64,000 nt of DNA from Eledone cirrhosa (GCA_964016885.1 OZ024747.1:69874001-69938000); one strand, 5' to 3'. Positions 13,695 through 28,560 are shown, counted from the stretch's first letter. A program made the numbers and translations. Notes: a model not told the origin generated them from the letters alone.

Positions 13695-14197
13695 ATATAT
13701 ATATCCCTATATATATATATATATATTGAGAGAGAGAGAGAGAGAAACGGATGGATAATACATCTGATTTCTCTTAGATACACTTGCTTAAGAAGGACAT
13801 CTTTAGTAATGCTTATACTACCCTATCATTTGTGGACAATGTTGTTATCATAATCAAGAGCTTTATCATCAGTATTCTCAGTTATCTGCCCACTGCAAGG
13901 TGAAGACCTCTCCAGTACCAATTCGTGCTCTCCTGCATTGTTCACATTCATGTAACAACCATAATCTTATCAATCTCATCTCTTTACCTTCTATGACTAC
14001 ATGAACCTGTCCACCTTAATCACCATTCTGTCTCCAGTTTGATCATCTATTATCATTTGTTTGTTGAAGATGTATATATGACAATTTCCTTGTTTTGTCT
14101 TCTATGTACTACTGCATGAGAATTCTACTCAACGGAATCGCTATGTGATTTATTGACATGCTAGAAATAATAGCCAAATACAACCTTCTTTCTTAAA

Positions 14198-14389
14198 TAA
14201 TTGTTTCTACTTTTGGCACAAGGCCAGCAATTACCCCAGTACATTACTGGTACTTTATTTTATCAAACCCATAAGGATGAAAGGCAAAATTAGCCTCAGC
14301 GGGATTTGAACTTAGACCATAAAGAGCTGTAACTCTATGCTGCAAAGCATGGCGTCCGACCCTCCACCGATACTGCCAATCCACCGCCC
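14198..14389 (-). mobile_element. SINE family A (tRNA-derived), full length
   Basis: Matches 38200-38391 in reverse; CTTAAATAA repeated on both sides. Confidence 0.9.
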
Positions 14390-14872
14390 TACTTAAATAA
14401 AGAAAGAACATATTAGATAACATAGTTCTACATAGCTGACTTATGTAAGATCACCAACAGCAACCATAAATCCCCAAATCATTCATTCAGTCAGATGAGT
14501 GATAGAAATAGCATCAAATAACATCTTGCCATCTTAAAAAGAAATGATAAGAGGATAATATAGTTCTGAATGCACTATGATGAAAAATGATATTAAAACA
14601 AATACAGGTTAGGTATGTTTAGAATATCTTTGAACATAGTTCTGGTTCTTAAAGCTAATTCAACAACCCCAAGCATTTGTTTGGTAGGGCCTCACATATG
14701 GAATGTCCTGAAATGAAAAACTTTCATTAACAGATATTATCCATGCCATTAACATAAAAAAATCTCCCCCAAGGTGGGTGATAACAATCTTTTCCAAGGG
14801 AAATAAATCCAATATCAGCCAATCAAATATTTTGTGAAATAAAAACAATGCAGATAGGAGTGAATCTTGTCT

Positions 14873-15084
14873 TTAACTCTGTAGCATTTACATTATTCTA
14901 TATTTATTATATTTTCATGGTAAATGCTTTATCTCACAGAATATGGAATCTAGGAGATTTTGATATTATTTATTTTGAAAACAATACCTTAATATCAGTA
15001 TGAGTGGCCAGTTACAGCTGATTGAACAGAAAGAGGTGAGAGAATTATTTCCGGATACAACTGGTTTAAATGCTAAAGGGTTAA
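14873..15084. mobile_element. TTAA MITE, same family as 49768-50183
   Basis: TTAACTCTGTAGCATTTA ... TAAATGCTAAAGGGTTAA; interior is the reverse complement of the 49768 element minus its SINE. Confidence 0.8.
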
Positions 15085-15559
15085 AGTCAAGTGGTGAAAG
15101 AAATGAAGATGTTTGGTGTTATTTAACCCCATCAGTGAAGTATTTGCAGCGCAATTGTCAAAACGTAGAAGTAATCAACATATATATCTTTGTGTTTAAT
15201 AATTACGTGAAAGGAAATAATTTCAGTTGAAACCATTGGAGCCTTAGCAATCCAATATATGTCACTTTGCTTACTTATGCATGTTATTATTATGGCTCAT
15301 ATCGGCACATGCTCAACCAGGCTCCTATATGATTGTAACTCATAGGAGGTATGTTGAATGTTTTAAGAATAGGGTCTCCAGCCTTATGAAATTGCCATTT
15401 TTCTGGTCACATGATGCAGGATTTGAACAACATACACAGACTGGGACAAATAATACAACATTTAATCCAAAACTCTAAAAACTCTACCAATTTGTTTATA
15501 GTAAGGGGAATAATAAAACAAGTAGAAGGGTAAGCTATCTAATGTGGTTTGCTTTACTG

Positions 15560-16070
15560 TCTTCTTCTTTGCCCACTTATTCCTGAGAGGGTCATCAAGG
15601 CAGAGTCCTCAAACACTCCTTCCAGCAGATCATATCAGAAGCAACCATTTCCAAATGATCTGGCTGGATCCCCAAGTGAGACCAGCCAAGTTCATGGATG
15701 TTATCCAACCATCTTGCTTGGCGTCTATCCCTGGGTCCCTTGCTGGTTGATTTTGCCCATAAAATCTGTCCAGCAATTCTTTCCTGAGACATTCTAACCA
15801 CATGCTTATAGTATTAGAGCTGTGATCTCTCAATTTGGAGAAGTAGTGACTCTACCTGGTGTAACTCTCTCATCTCTGAGTTATGCCACACTTTATCGTG
15901 TAACATTATTCCAAAGACCCTTTGGAGAAATCTCTTTTTGGGCGATTATATTCTTTTGGTCATTATCCAATATTCATGACCATACGTAAGATTTGGTATA
16001 GAAATTGAATTGAAGATAGTGAGTTTGGCTTTTATGCCTACCTCCCTTCTTCTGATTACTGAATGCTTCA
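15560..16070 (-). mobile_element. Decayed RTE/BovB-type LINE 3' fragment
   Basis: ORF 15595..15801 GPRDRRQARWLDNI...W; short (GAA)n tail. Confidence 0.6.
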
Positions 16071-16419
16071 CTGTCTTAATTTCAAATCCAGTTGGCATTG
16101 ACTGACTATAAGTTCCATTGACTATATTTCATTTTATACACAACATAGCTTCATAACACAGACAAAGTAATATAAAGTGTATAGACAGTGTGGCTGTTGT
16201 ATAGACATAAGCCATAAGACAGTCTTCAATAAGTAGACCTAGGAAGAATGATATTCATATGATGTTATTTTTTTTTTGTTCAGATTTGGTGCATATGACC
16301 AGTGGGAGAGGAAATGATTTGTGGCATAGAGATTTGGCTATTTCTTGATGGTCTTGTCCCCATATAAGGATGTATAGTTACTCTGACTATTGCTGATGAC
16401 ATCTATTTTTCTCACAGTT

Positions 16420-16910
16420 ATGATTAATGTTGTTCTTTTCTTGTTGTGATTGCAACTATTGTTGTTGTTGTTGTTATTGCTGTTGTTATGATTGTGGATT
16501 GCGTTTGATAACCTCATTTAGTGTTGTTATACTTGTTCAAACATTTCTATTGCTGTGCTTGTCTTTGTTGTTGTTTCTGTTGTTGTTGCTGTTATGATTG
16601 CTATGGTTATCATTGTTGTTTCTATTGTTGATGCTGTTGTGATTGCTATGGTCAACTTTATTATTATGTCTGTTGTTGTTGTCATTGCTATGGTTAAGCT
16701 TTATTATTATGTCTGTTGTCGTGATTGCTATGGTCAGCATTGATGTTGTTGCTGTTGTGATTGCTATGGTTAGCTTTATTATTATGTCTGTTGTTGTTGT
16801 GATTGCTGTGGTCATCTTTGTTGTTGTTGCTGTTGTGATTGCTGTGGTCAGCTTTCTTGTTGTTTCTGCTGTTGATGCTGTTGTAATTGCTATGGTTATT
16901 TGTTGTCATT
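16420..16910. repeat. GTT-rich minisatellite / low-complexity array
   Basis: Recurrent GCTGTTGTGATTGCTATGGT units. Confidence 0.85.
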
Positions 16911-17262
16911 AGTATTCTAGCTTGTTGTGGCTTAACACTTTCTTGGTATTGTTATTGTTATTTTTGGCTCAATTCTCCTTGTTATTGTTATTCTAGACAT
17001 TGTTATAGCTGTTGTTTTTGTTGTTGTAGTAATAGCAATTGTTGTTGTTTACCAAGTCACCCTTTATTGTTTCTTCTCCATTCATCATTTTCCTGTTTTT
17101 ACCAATTCACTAGTGTTCTAATGTCATGTTTATCATACAAATTTCTCTTTGATATTACAGCCATTATTCTTCTTTTTCTTCCATTTCCCAAGCTCCTCTT
17201 CCACCTCCATTCCTCTTCTTTCTATAGTCAGTCAGCATCCTCATACTTTTTCAACTTTTCCC

Positions 17263-17338
17263 CTTCTTCTTCTTCTTCTTCTTCTTCTTCTTCTTCTTCT
17301 TCTTCTTCTTCTTCTTCTTCTTCTTCTTCTTCTTCTTC
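17263..17338. repeat. (CTT)n microsatellite
   Basis: About 25 perfect units. Confidence 0.95.
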
Positions 17339-18151
17339 CATCCTATCAAATAATTCTCCTACCATCTACACCTTTCTATCTCTAGCTCATTAATTTTTTA
17401 TCTCTTTTTCTTTTGTTTTTCTTTCACATACTTTCATCCTCTTCTCTTCTTTCTACTCCTACCCCCCCCCCCACTTCTTCCCTCCTCATTCTATACTTCC
17501 TTGTGTTTCTTCTTAACTCCTTTACTTCAACCTTCTTGGCTCCTTCACCATGGCTTCCTTTCTTCCTCCTCCTATTCCTCCTTTTCTATCTTCCTCCACA
17601 TGCTCATACTTTTCCCCTTTTTCTTCCTCCTTTTCCATCTCATTCTCCTATTCTTACTTCTTTGTCTCTTATAGTTTTTCTTTTCATTCCATCATCATTC
17701 TTGTCATCATCATCATCACTACTTCTTATTTCTCCTACTCTCTTTATTCCACCAACCTGTCCTGCTTTGTCCAGTCTCCCCTTCCTCCACATGACTTTTC
17801 TACTATTGTATCACTGTCAGTAACATTTGCTCTTTTAACTTGAACAATGTTTGTCTTTTTCTTTGGTCTCCCTTAGTGACTTCACCCATCTGCCACCCAC
17901 CCTATGCAGTCTATATGTCTGACCTAATCATTGGGAAGACAATGAATTTTCATTAAAGATTATATTATACTACATATCATGAAGGATGATCTAGCAGCGC
18001 GTGTATGTTTATGCATATGTATGTTATACATACAAACAAACAAAAACACACACACATATATATATATATATATACATGCATATGTATATGTGCATGTATA
18101 TGTATATATGTATGTGTATATATGTGTAGATATATATATATATATATATAT

Positions 18152-18460
18152 ATCATCATCGTTTTACGACCGCTTTTTCCCTGCTTACAAGGGTGGGACG
18201 GGAACTGATTCTGGCTTGATTTGTACAGCTGGATGCCCTTCCTAACACCAACCTCATTCACAGTGTGGGCTGGGTGCTTTTTTGCAGTGGAATGATAGGG
18301 ACCCCAGTCCCTATCATCTCATTTCTACAGCTGAGTAAACTGGAGCAATGTGAAATAAAGTGTCTTGCTCAAGGAAAAATAACATCACCCGGTCTGAGAA
18401 TTGAACTCAAAACCTTTCGATTGCCAGGCCAATGCTCTAACCACTAAGCCATGTGCCTCC
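18152..18460 (-). mobile_element. SINE family B (tRNA head + RTE-derived tail)
   Basis: Reverse complement of 42176-42511 with an internal deletion. Confidence 0.9.
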
Positions 18461-18959
<499 letters not shown>

Positions 18960-18964
<5 letters not shown>

Positions 18965-19187
18965 ATACTTTGGGAGGGTCATGTTGCCAATAAGAAACAC
19001 ACGCACCAGTTGCTTTCACTTCAATTTATTATATATTTATAAATTTATAAATATATAATAAATTGAAGTGAAAGCAACTGGTGCGTGTGTTTCTTATTGG
19101 CAACATGACCCTCCCAAAGTATAACAATATCGGTTTAAACACACGATTTCAGATAAAGAATCTTGCTAAACAAATTCAGAAACGAAA
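18960..19187. repeat. Perfect 168-bp palindrome with extended right arm
   Basis: 18960-19127 checked base by base; no spacer and no mismatch. Confidence 0.95.
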
Positions 19188-19209
19188 TATATATATATGT
19201 ATATATATG

Positions 19210-19256
<47 letters not shown>

Positions 19257-19288
19257 GTAGATATATACATATATATATACATACATAC

Positions 19289-19376
<88 letters not shown>

Positions 19377-19754
19377 AGATAGAGGGGGATAGTTAACATC
19401 TTGGTCTCAGGACTGCAGACTCCCCCTCTCTCTCTCTATATATATATGTGTGTGTGTGCACAAACACATACATGTAAATTATTCTGTAACCTGAGTGGAT
19501 CTTCTTCAAGGAAATCTTAAGCGGTGATCACCTACCACAAAAACTACTGGTCACACTGCCTAATCTTGTTGCAACCATATTTCCAAGGATACATTGAGTT
19601 CTATCAATGTTATCAGCCTCACCACAATCAGCTGAAATATGATATATATATATTAATCATCATCATCATCATCGTTTAATGTCTATCTTCCACACTAGCA
19701 TGGGTTAGATGGGTTTCTCCCATTAGAGGCTAGACATTTCAAAAATCCGGCACA

Positions 19755-20875
19755 ATGTGGTAGAAATGTATAAAGTGTAAAGGATGACAAATAAAATCAA
19801 ATCAAAATAATGTTTTACTCAGTATATTTCAACAGTATATTTCAGAGCAATCACCTACTTTTCAAATATGAAACTGAAAGTCCTCAACACAAAAACGAAT
19901 GATCGATGTGTTCTTTCTGAACTAGTCTCTGTGTCTGAAATACGCATGCATGAAATCGTTATAGTAGCCAATCAGTTGTCTGCATTTTGAATCTATCATT
20001 TATCTGTGGTGTTCTGGTTGAGGATAATGATCTCTTTGATTCTTAAATTTACCACATTCCTTTCTGTAGCCTCTATGGTGACCTCAATGTCTTTTTTAAC
20101 AGAAGAAGCTCTCGGTATCACATATTTCTTGATTCATATCTGCAGCATCTGGATGGTACATATGACCTTGTAGACCCCATACACTCTCATGCACATGTCT
20201 GCCTTGTTGATGGGATAATTAACAGGGGTGCATGTACCATTGTTTGTAGGTCAGTGTCTGGGAAGCAGTCTCCTCAATGAAGGTCTCAAGTGTGCCAGCT
20301 GAATATTCAAGCTTTCCAAACAGGTAGCTTGTCTGGTGGCAGAGGTCGTCTTCTTATTGAAATGCAGCAGGTTTAGGTAGCATATGTTACCTCTAGGAGC
20401 ACTTGTCCTCCTTGTTCTTTTAAGTTAAGTGTTGCTGCCTTGGCATTTTGTTGTTTGGTGAGAGAAGTAGGGTAGCCATTCTCAGTGAGAACTCTCTGAA
20501 ATTCCACCATGCCTGTTATGTTTGTCACTACCTTGCTGCCTCTGTTGCACATCCATGAGATCTCATTCTGTATTCAGTAATTTGGGGAAGGACAGAATCA
20601 TGGTACAGAAAAATGACTCTGTAGGCATCCTTGTAATCCTTGGTGTATATAGATCCCTCATCTGTGACAATTAGTGTAAATTTAAGTAGAGAGAGTTAAA
20701 GTTACATAGGTGACACATCGATCGTTCATTTTTGTTTTGAACCATTTCTGTTTCACATTTGAAAAGGGGAATGTAGCCTTGAAATATTATGTTAAAATAT
20801 ACTGGGTAATTACTTTGTTTTGTTTTATTTCTCATCCATTGCTCTTTATATATTTCAACCATATTGGACCATATT
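19755..20875 (-). mobile_element. 5'-truncated PLE with inverted terminal repeats
   Basis: Minus: LNIQLAHLRPSLRRLL...C...YGVYKVIC...IEVTIEATERNVVNLRIKE (decayed GIY-YIG); arms ~19755-19910 and ~20713-20873 are inverted copies. Confidence 0.75.
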
Positions 20876-20914
20876 TTGAAACTTGTCAGTCATTTATTAT
20901 GCATGCACAACACA

Positions 20915-21100
20915 CGTGGATTGGCAGTATCGGTAGAGGGTCAGACGCCATGCTTTCCAGCATAGTTACGTCCCTTTACGGTCTGAGTTCAATCCCGCCG
21001 AGGTTGACTTTGCCTTTCATCCTTACGGGGTCGATAAATTAAAGTACCAGTAATGCACTGGGTAATTGCTGGCCTTGTGCCTAATGTAGAAACAATTATT
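20915..21100 (+). mobile_element. SINE family A
   Basis: TGGCAGTATCGGTAGAG A-box-like, GAGTTCAATCC B-box, ATT tail. Confidence 0.9.
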
Positions 21101-21109
21101 ATATATATA

Positions 21110-21743
21110 TGTTTACTCGAGAGAAGGCTACGTTGGTATGGACACGTGATGCGCATGAAAGTCGATAGCTGTATAACAAAGTGCAGGGCAATAAAGATAG
21201 ACGGTAGCCACGGAATAGGCAGACCTAGAAAAACCTGGGACGAGCTGATAAACTCTGACCTCACACACTTACACCTCTCCAAGACAATGTCACTGGACAG
21301 AGACCTTTGGCGGTACTCAGTAACAGAGAAGACCCGCCTTACCTAAATACATAGTAAAACCTACTACAGCCAGTAGGCATCTCTAACAAAATACACCCCC
21401 GTCCCACCCCCACCACCCCCATCCCATCCACACCACCCCGTTCTATGTAAAGTTATGTTGGTGCCGCGCCATAGGCCAAAACAAATGGGATCGTGTAGGT
21501 GTCACGACAAAAAAACACACAGTCCACGCTGTAATGTGGCCATGTAGGCAACACGGTAAAAACCTCCCAGACCCACACTGTAAATGTGGTTGGTGTTAGG
21601 AAGGGCATCCAACTGTAGAAAACCTGCCAGACAGTCCTATGCGAGCAAGACAATCACTCTTGCCTCAAGTGGGACTACCCCCGTCCAAACCCATGCAAGC
21701 GTGGAACACGGACGTTAAACGTTGATGATGATGATGATGATGA
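21110..21743 (+). mobile_element. RTE LINE 3' fragment
   Basis: [15 protein letters not shown]...GRPRKTW...KTRLT; (GAT)n tail. Confidence 0.95.
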
Positions 21744-22859
21744 TATGCATACATATGCATATGTATATGTACATGTGCATGTATATATATATATATATAT
21801 TTATATATATAACATCATCATATCCTCATTTTCTGCCCACCTTCTATACTGACATGTTGGTATGAGGCAGTTTTAATACAGATTTATTGTGCTCCTCTGC
21901 TAGTTGCAATATTTAGTATGGTTTCTACAGCTGCTGAATGCCATTCTTAACTCCAAACATTCAACAGATTGTTTTAGATGTATTTTATTATTACACCATC
22001 TAGAGAGGCAGTCCTGTCATCGACAAGGGTAAAAAGGCCTTGTTACTTTACAATGTTTCTGTTTGATCAGCTGCTGCTTTGTAGAGTGTACTGTGTACAT
22101 TTTATTGTGGGATTAACACTAGAGTGGTCGTTTTACCTTTTAAATAGCAAACAAATCTCTTCCATCTAGGTTGTCTGCTTTCTTTCAAGAGAAATGTACA
22201 TATGAGTGTGATTTGAAAGGGAGTGGTAGCCAAGAGCTTAAAAGAGGAAAGATTATGAATATGAACAAGAAGAAGAAAATAGTGATAAAATGATTGTAAA
22301 AAGCTGGGATAGCAGTATCTATAAGTTGTTTGATAATACGAGGTTCAGCAATCAGGGTGTGTCATAGAGAGCAACAGAGAAGCGGGATAGAAAGTGAGAT
22401 GGATATCAGCTAAAGGTTTCATGGAAGAGGGAGAGAGCTGGTTAGCAGTGGAGAGGGATGATAATGGATATAGATGCGAGTGTTAATGAAGAATCACAGC
22501 GTATACAGTGAGAGAGAATGATGGTTAACAGTAGAGGGTTAGGGTCCTAAATATAGAGAAACCTGATGCCTTCAATCATCATACAGGCATCCTGTTGTGT
22601 TAGATGCAATGGTAGAGAGTTGGTGCTGAAATAAACGTCAAGTGGTAATTTGTAATTAGTGTGACAGTGATAATTGGTGATAGTGTAGGGGTAGAAGTGT
22701 GAAGGTGAGTGAGATGCAGTTAATGTGGCATACTGAATAGAGAGAAAGGTGATAGATAGGGAATTGAGGAGCTGATAGATACTTAGCAGATACATAAATG
22801 ACCATGGGATTTGCACCTAGAAAGTTTCTCTCTGAGGCACAAATCTGAGTAAGACTGTT

Positions 22860-23085
22860 TGTGGAAGACCAGCAGTTGCCATGCATACCAGCCTCCCCCT
22901 CTTTATGCCACCATTGTTGTCCAAGGGAAAGGCAATGGTCAATAGAGCTTAGTACCAGTGATGTCTCAACTACAGCTGAGTAAATTGGAGCAATCTGAAA
23001 TAAAGTGTCTTGCTCAAGGACACAATGTAAATAATCAAACTCACAACCTCCAGATTACAAGCCCAATGCTCTAACCACTAAGCCT
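22860..23085 (-). mobile_element. Older SINE sharing the head and central domain of family B
   Basis: ACAGCTGAGTAAATTGGAGCAA...GTGTCTTGCTCAAGG...CTCTAACCACTAAGCC. Confidence 0.7.
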
Positions 23086-23303
23086 TAGCATATATATATT
23101 ATTTATTTATAGGCCTGAAGAGGCCTCAGGCTATACCTAATGAGAACTAAAGTTTTATAAATAAAAATCAAAGACAGGACATTATAACTCTTAATATGCT
23201 GCATGGGTTGGAAGATATGACCAGTGAATGCAAAGAATATGTCATGGCTAGAAAGAACTGAAGCATGCATGCTTCTTGGATATGTAATGCTAGAGTGAAT
23301 AAT

Positions 23304-23456
23304 TTGTTTCTACATTACTGGTACTTTATTTTCGACCCCGTAAGGATGAAAGGCAAAGTTAACCTCGGCAGGATTTGAACTCAGTCCGTAAAGGGACGTA
23401 ACTGTGCTGCAAAGCATGGCGTCTGACCCTCTACCGATACTGCCAATCCACCACCT
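23304..23456 (-). mobile_element. SINE family A with 18-bp TSD inside a decayed RTE
   Basis: AATGCTAGAGTGAATAAT at 23286-23303 and 23458-23475. Confidence 0.85.
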
Positions 23457-24174
23457 CAATGCTAGAGTGAATAATGATGGAGAATATGTGAGCTGAAACA
23501 TAAGCTGAATATAAACAGAATCAGATATAGTGTAGAAGAGAGATGATTGTGCAGGTACAGACATGTGGTACATATGGAGAATAACAGAGACCACGGAAGA
23601 CATAGGAGGAAGTTGTGAAAATAAACTCAATATCATTATGCACACTCTGTAAAGTAGGAAGGGCATCCATTTGTAAAAATAATGCTTAAAATTCGTAGTT
23701 GTTATAAGACACATACAGGTATATGTTTTAGTGTGGTAATTTATGTGGCAATTTGACATGGAGGTTGAAATTTCTTAAATAGGATTTGGTATTTTTAATT
23801 TTATATAAATGTCACTTTTGAAAGGAATCTTTATCGTCTTTAATTAGTAGGCAGCTGTCAGTTTGAAAGAAAGTGAGGATGAGGTTGTGGTTTAAGAGAG
23901 AGTTTGTAGTTGTTTTGCATTTTAGAATATAATTAAAATATGTTTATTTCCTGTTGTTGACAGGGAGTGGTTGGCTGCGTTGTGTGTGTGTATGTAAATG
24001 TGTGTGTGTGTGCGTGTAAGTATGTGTGTGTGTGTGTGTGTGTGTTTTAGGTTTCTGTGTTATTGATATTAACTATGGTTTCAGGAATTTGTTCAACAAT
24101 GAGTTTTGTGGGGGTGCATAGAAATTTTAACTTTTTTCTGACTTGTTCTGGTTATTATTTCTTTTGAGATAAAT

Positions 24175-24710
24175 AATGACAGACATCAAGCTAACTCAGT
24201 AAATCAAATGACATGCTGTAATCATTGCCTTAATGGGAAATCATAAGTCTTTAGAGATTGCTCGCTTCCCAAAAGTAGCATGGTCATTTGTTGGCAAAGT
24301 TCATAAAGAGCTGCAAGCTGCTAACGAGGATTTTACAGCAATAGCCAAACACAAAACACCTGCTAAGGTTTCTAATACTATTAGAAAACTCAAATTTGCG
24401 AGAAAGGGGTAGAAATTTATAGATAACAACACTAGAAATTCAATTAATGCCATTCCCAATAGCTCATGGTTTCAAGGCATACTATCAGAATAATTGTGCA
24501 TGAGGACTGTCCATACAATTTGTGTCTGCAAAGACAAAGAATAAGAGTGTGATCAATGCAAAGAATTTGTTGAATAAGTTGAAACATCAAGAGCCTGGAA
24601 TGCTTCGATTTCTCACCGATGAGAATAACTTTGATCAGAACAAAAAGGTCAACCAATAAAATAGGGGATGGTTATGCACAGAAACTAAATATATCCCATC
24701 CCATGACCAA
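24175..24710 (+). pseudogene. Decayed Tc1/mariner (maT/DD37D-like) transposase
   Basis: LEIARFPKVAWSFVGKVHKEL...VSRHTIRIIVHED...KNLLNKLKHQEPGMLRFLTDENNFDQNKKVNQ*NRGWL. Confidence 0.75.
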
Positions 24711-25140
24711 TATTACCCCTTACGCCAGTGGAGGTTAACCAATCCTCTTACTCACCCCCTGTCAAATCCCACCATAATGCCATACATGCATATCACCATA
24801 ACACAAACACACAGACACACATATATAAGGGGTATGGGTATTAATTCCCTGATGGAGTTATATTGGTCAGAAAACTGCACTGGGTGAGAACACTGCTTCT
24901 TTCTTCCAGAAAATGTGAAAAGAAGAGCAATAGGGAGAGAGAATGAAAGAAGGGTGAAAATTTGACTCCAGTACTGGACTAAAATTTCATTTATTGACCT
25001 TGAAATGATAAAAAGCAAATGTGACCTCAGCAGGATTTGAACTCAGAGGACAGTGAGTTAAAACAGATACTGATGTATTTCTAGTCTGGCGCCATATATA
25101 TGTATATATATATATACACGTATGTATAATATTCTATAGA

Positions 25141-25620
25141 AACTATTAGAGCGTTGAGTAGTTTTGAACACTTAGAAAATATAAGAATCACTAAAGTAGA
25201 AAACAAATATAATCACAGTCAAGATAATAGCATGGAAAACAGGTAAAATATGGATTATAGATGGTAAAAAGTGGCCAGCAGCCATTAGATGGAATCGAAC
25301 ATCATATCTCTATAATTCCTGCTTAATGCTCTAATCATTGAACTAAGCAAACTCTGATGACGAATCCTGTGTGATTTAGACAGCTATATAAACAGCTGTG
25401 AATGTAAACAACATTTAACACAAACTATCAATGCATTGAGTTGTTTTGAAATTCTTTGAAAATATAGGAACACCTAACACAGAAAATAACTGTAACCAGA
25501 GTTGATTGCAATAAGCAATAGCTTAGAAAATCAGGTAAAATACTGTCCGACAAAATTTGGCCAGCAGCTGCTAATGGACAATTGACTCCATATCTGTCAA
25601 GCTCCCATAGTTTATATAGA
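25141..25620. repeat. ~285-bp diverged tandem unit with antisense tRNA-like segment and HHR remnant
   Basis: Shared motifs offset by 282-286 nt; minus-strand A/B boxes; CTGATGA at ~25354. Confidence 0.55.
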
Positions 25621-26111
25621 ATGTTCTTTACATCCAAACCAGTTCCTATAGCTATCAAATATACATATACATAAACATACACACACACACACACACACAC
25701 ATACACACATATGTATATACATATATTTATATAGATGTATGTATATATATATATGCATACTATATGCACACACACACACATATATATGTATATATTTTCA
25801 TATATGTATGTATGTTAGTGTGTGTGTGTGTATGTATATATATATTCATGAATATGTGTGCGTATATATATATATATATGATGATGATGATGATATATGG
25901 AGAGAGGGAGAGAAATGTGTATGCATGCATGTATGAATGAATGGAAGTATGTATCTATTAATCTCTTCTCCTTTATATATATGTGTATCTATATATATAT
26001 ATATATATATATACACATGCACATATGCATACATACAAACACACGTACACATATACATACATATATGCATATATATATATACACATACATATATAAATAT
26101 ATATACATCTA

Positions 26112-26153
<42 letters not shown>

Positions 26154-27799
26154 TATAGACATACATGAACACACATACATATATATCAGTATATATATTG
26201 GTGTGTCTATGTATATATATATATATATATAATCAAGCACCAAAGCATTTAGTTTATGATGTATAACTGGAATGTCCAGTTGTGGTGGCATCAGCAGCAG
26301 CAGTAGGCAGTGCAGTAGGTTAGTAGTCATTGAGATGGACAACTGGACAACTGGACAACTAGCACCAATGCTGCAGCCATTACTAACACTTCCATCTTTA
26401 ATTTGTCCACCTCAACCTTCCCTTGACCCATCCTTCTTCCAACGCCATTACTGCAACCACCAACACTACCAGCACCTTCAGTGCCACTGCTGTCACTGCC
26501 ATTAACTCTTCGACCACTACAACCATTTCCACTATGGACAACTAGAACTAGAAACTAGCCTTGACAATAATCAATGTCTTGTCTTGTCTTGACCAGCCTA
26601 CACCTCTAGCCTATGGCTCAAAGCTAGGCTAAGCCAGTGGCTGGCTGGCCAGTTATTTTGACCACCTCATAATCATCCCCAATGAAAATGATGACCAGTT
26701 ACCAGCTCATGCAATTGCCCAGAGCACTGACCATTCTTACCTAGTAAATACTAACAACTGCTACTATGCAAGTTTTTTTTTTCTTTTTGGTGTGTGTATG
26801 TGGTTTGTACATGAGTCTGAATATAGATGGCATGGTATTCACCAAATGGACTCCTTATGAAAAGCAATATTAAATCTGTGACAATTCTTTCTACCAAGCA
26901 GGGTAGTGAACATTTCTTTCACTTAATTACATACCAACATCATGTCCCTGATATTCCTTCACAAAGGTCGTTATAAATGAAGGTTAGATATAATCACATT
27001 CATCGCCGCCAACTAGAAACAATTCACTTACCGAATTCTATGCATTTATCATAACCAGTGTTGACCATCTTCCGATTTATATTTTTAAAAACATGTTTAT
27101 TAATATTCACATACATACACTCACATATATGTATGTACATATATATTTAAATATATATATATATATAGATATATATAGATATAATATATATATATATATT
27201 ATATATATTATAAATATATACGTGTGTGTGTGCATCTGTATCTACATACACACACATCCATGCCATACAGATAGTATATATATATATATATATATTTACA
27301 TATAAATATATATCTATATATATAAATATCTATCAATATCTATATATATAGATATATAAATATATATCTATATCTATAAATATATAAATATATATCTCTA
27401 TATATAAACATATAAATATATATCTCTATATATAAATATATAAATATCTATCTATCTATCTCTCTCTCTATATATATATGTGTGTGTATATATACACATG
27501 TGTGTATGTGTGGGTGTATCTAAGTGTGTGTGTGTCTGCGTGAGATGTACATTATGTATTAAAAAACAGCAAGGATTTTACCGTTTATTTAATATCATAA
27601 TTTCCTATGTATATAATACACTTACCTGTTTTTTTCTATGTCACCCTGCCTCTTTTCAGTTCAATCCTATAAATATAATTACTATATACACTGTGCATAC
27701 AAATATATGTTAAATATATTCACAGAAGTATATGCATGTATATATATATTCCATATTTATTTTAATATATAATAGCCAGACAAAAATATAAAGTAACAT

Positions 27800-27878
27800 T
27801 TACATACATATTGCACAGCTATATATATATACATATATATATTAATATACTTTTACATTATATTAATATATTCACATG

Positions 27879-27952
<74 letters not shown>

Positions 27953-28243
27953 TGTATGTATATGTGCATGTATGTATATGTGTATATCTATATATATAAT
28001 TGCACAGCTAATTTCACAAAAGCAAGTGAGAATGAATGAAGGAATTAAAGAAAAAACGATAATAGCATATACCATGTGCAACATTGCTAGAATATATTTA
28101 ATTGAAGAATACTACTGTAGCGTACAATTTAGATATGATCATATATTATATACATATACATGCAATTAAAAATATCTGCATATCTGCACATACACATTTA
28201 TAATTGAGATTTACACACATATGTACATTACATACGTACACAC

Positions 28244-28286
<43 letters not shown>

Positions 28287-28511
28287 CGTGTGTGTATAAA
28301 TAGATGTATGTATATTATATATATATAAAATATATAAATTTATTAAATACATAAATACATATCAACATCACTGTCGTTTTAACGTCAACGTTCTCTGCTA
28401 TATATAGATATATAGACTTGGGAGATATAGATATATACACCTGATAGATATAGATAGATAGATATAGATATATACACACACGTACATACATGTACAGATA
28501 TATATATTTGT

Positions 28512-28560
<49 letters not shown>

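Noticed and set aside
16537-17843. Overlapping low-complexity ORFs
   Set aside because: Products of GTT/CTT repeats and pyrimidine-rich sequence
23106-23135. CTGAAGA within a small hairpin
   Set aside because: No GAAA half
26272-26505. Possible host exon
   Set aside because: Low-complexity CAC/CAG-rich tract with no recognisable domain or splice support
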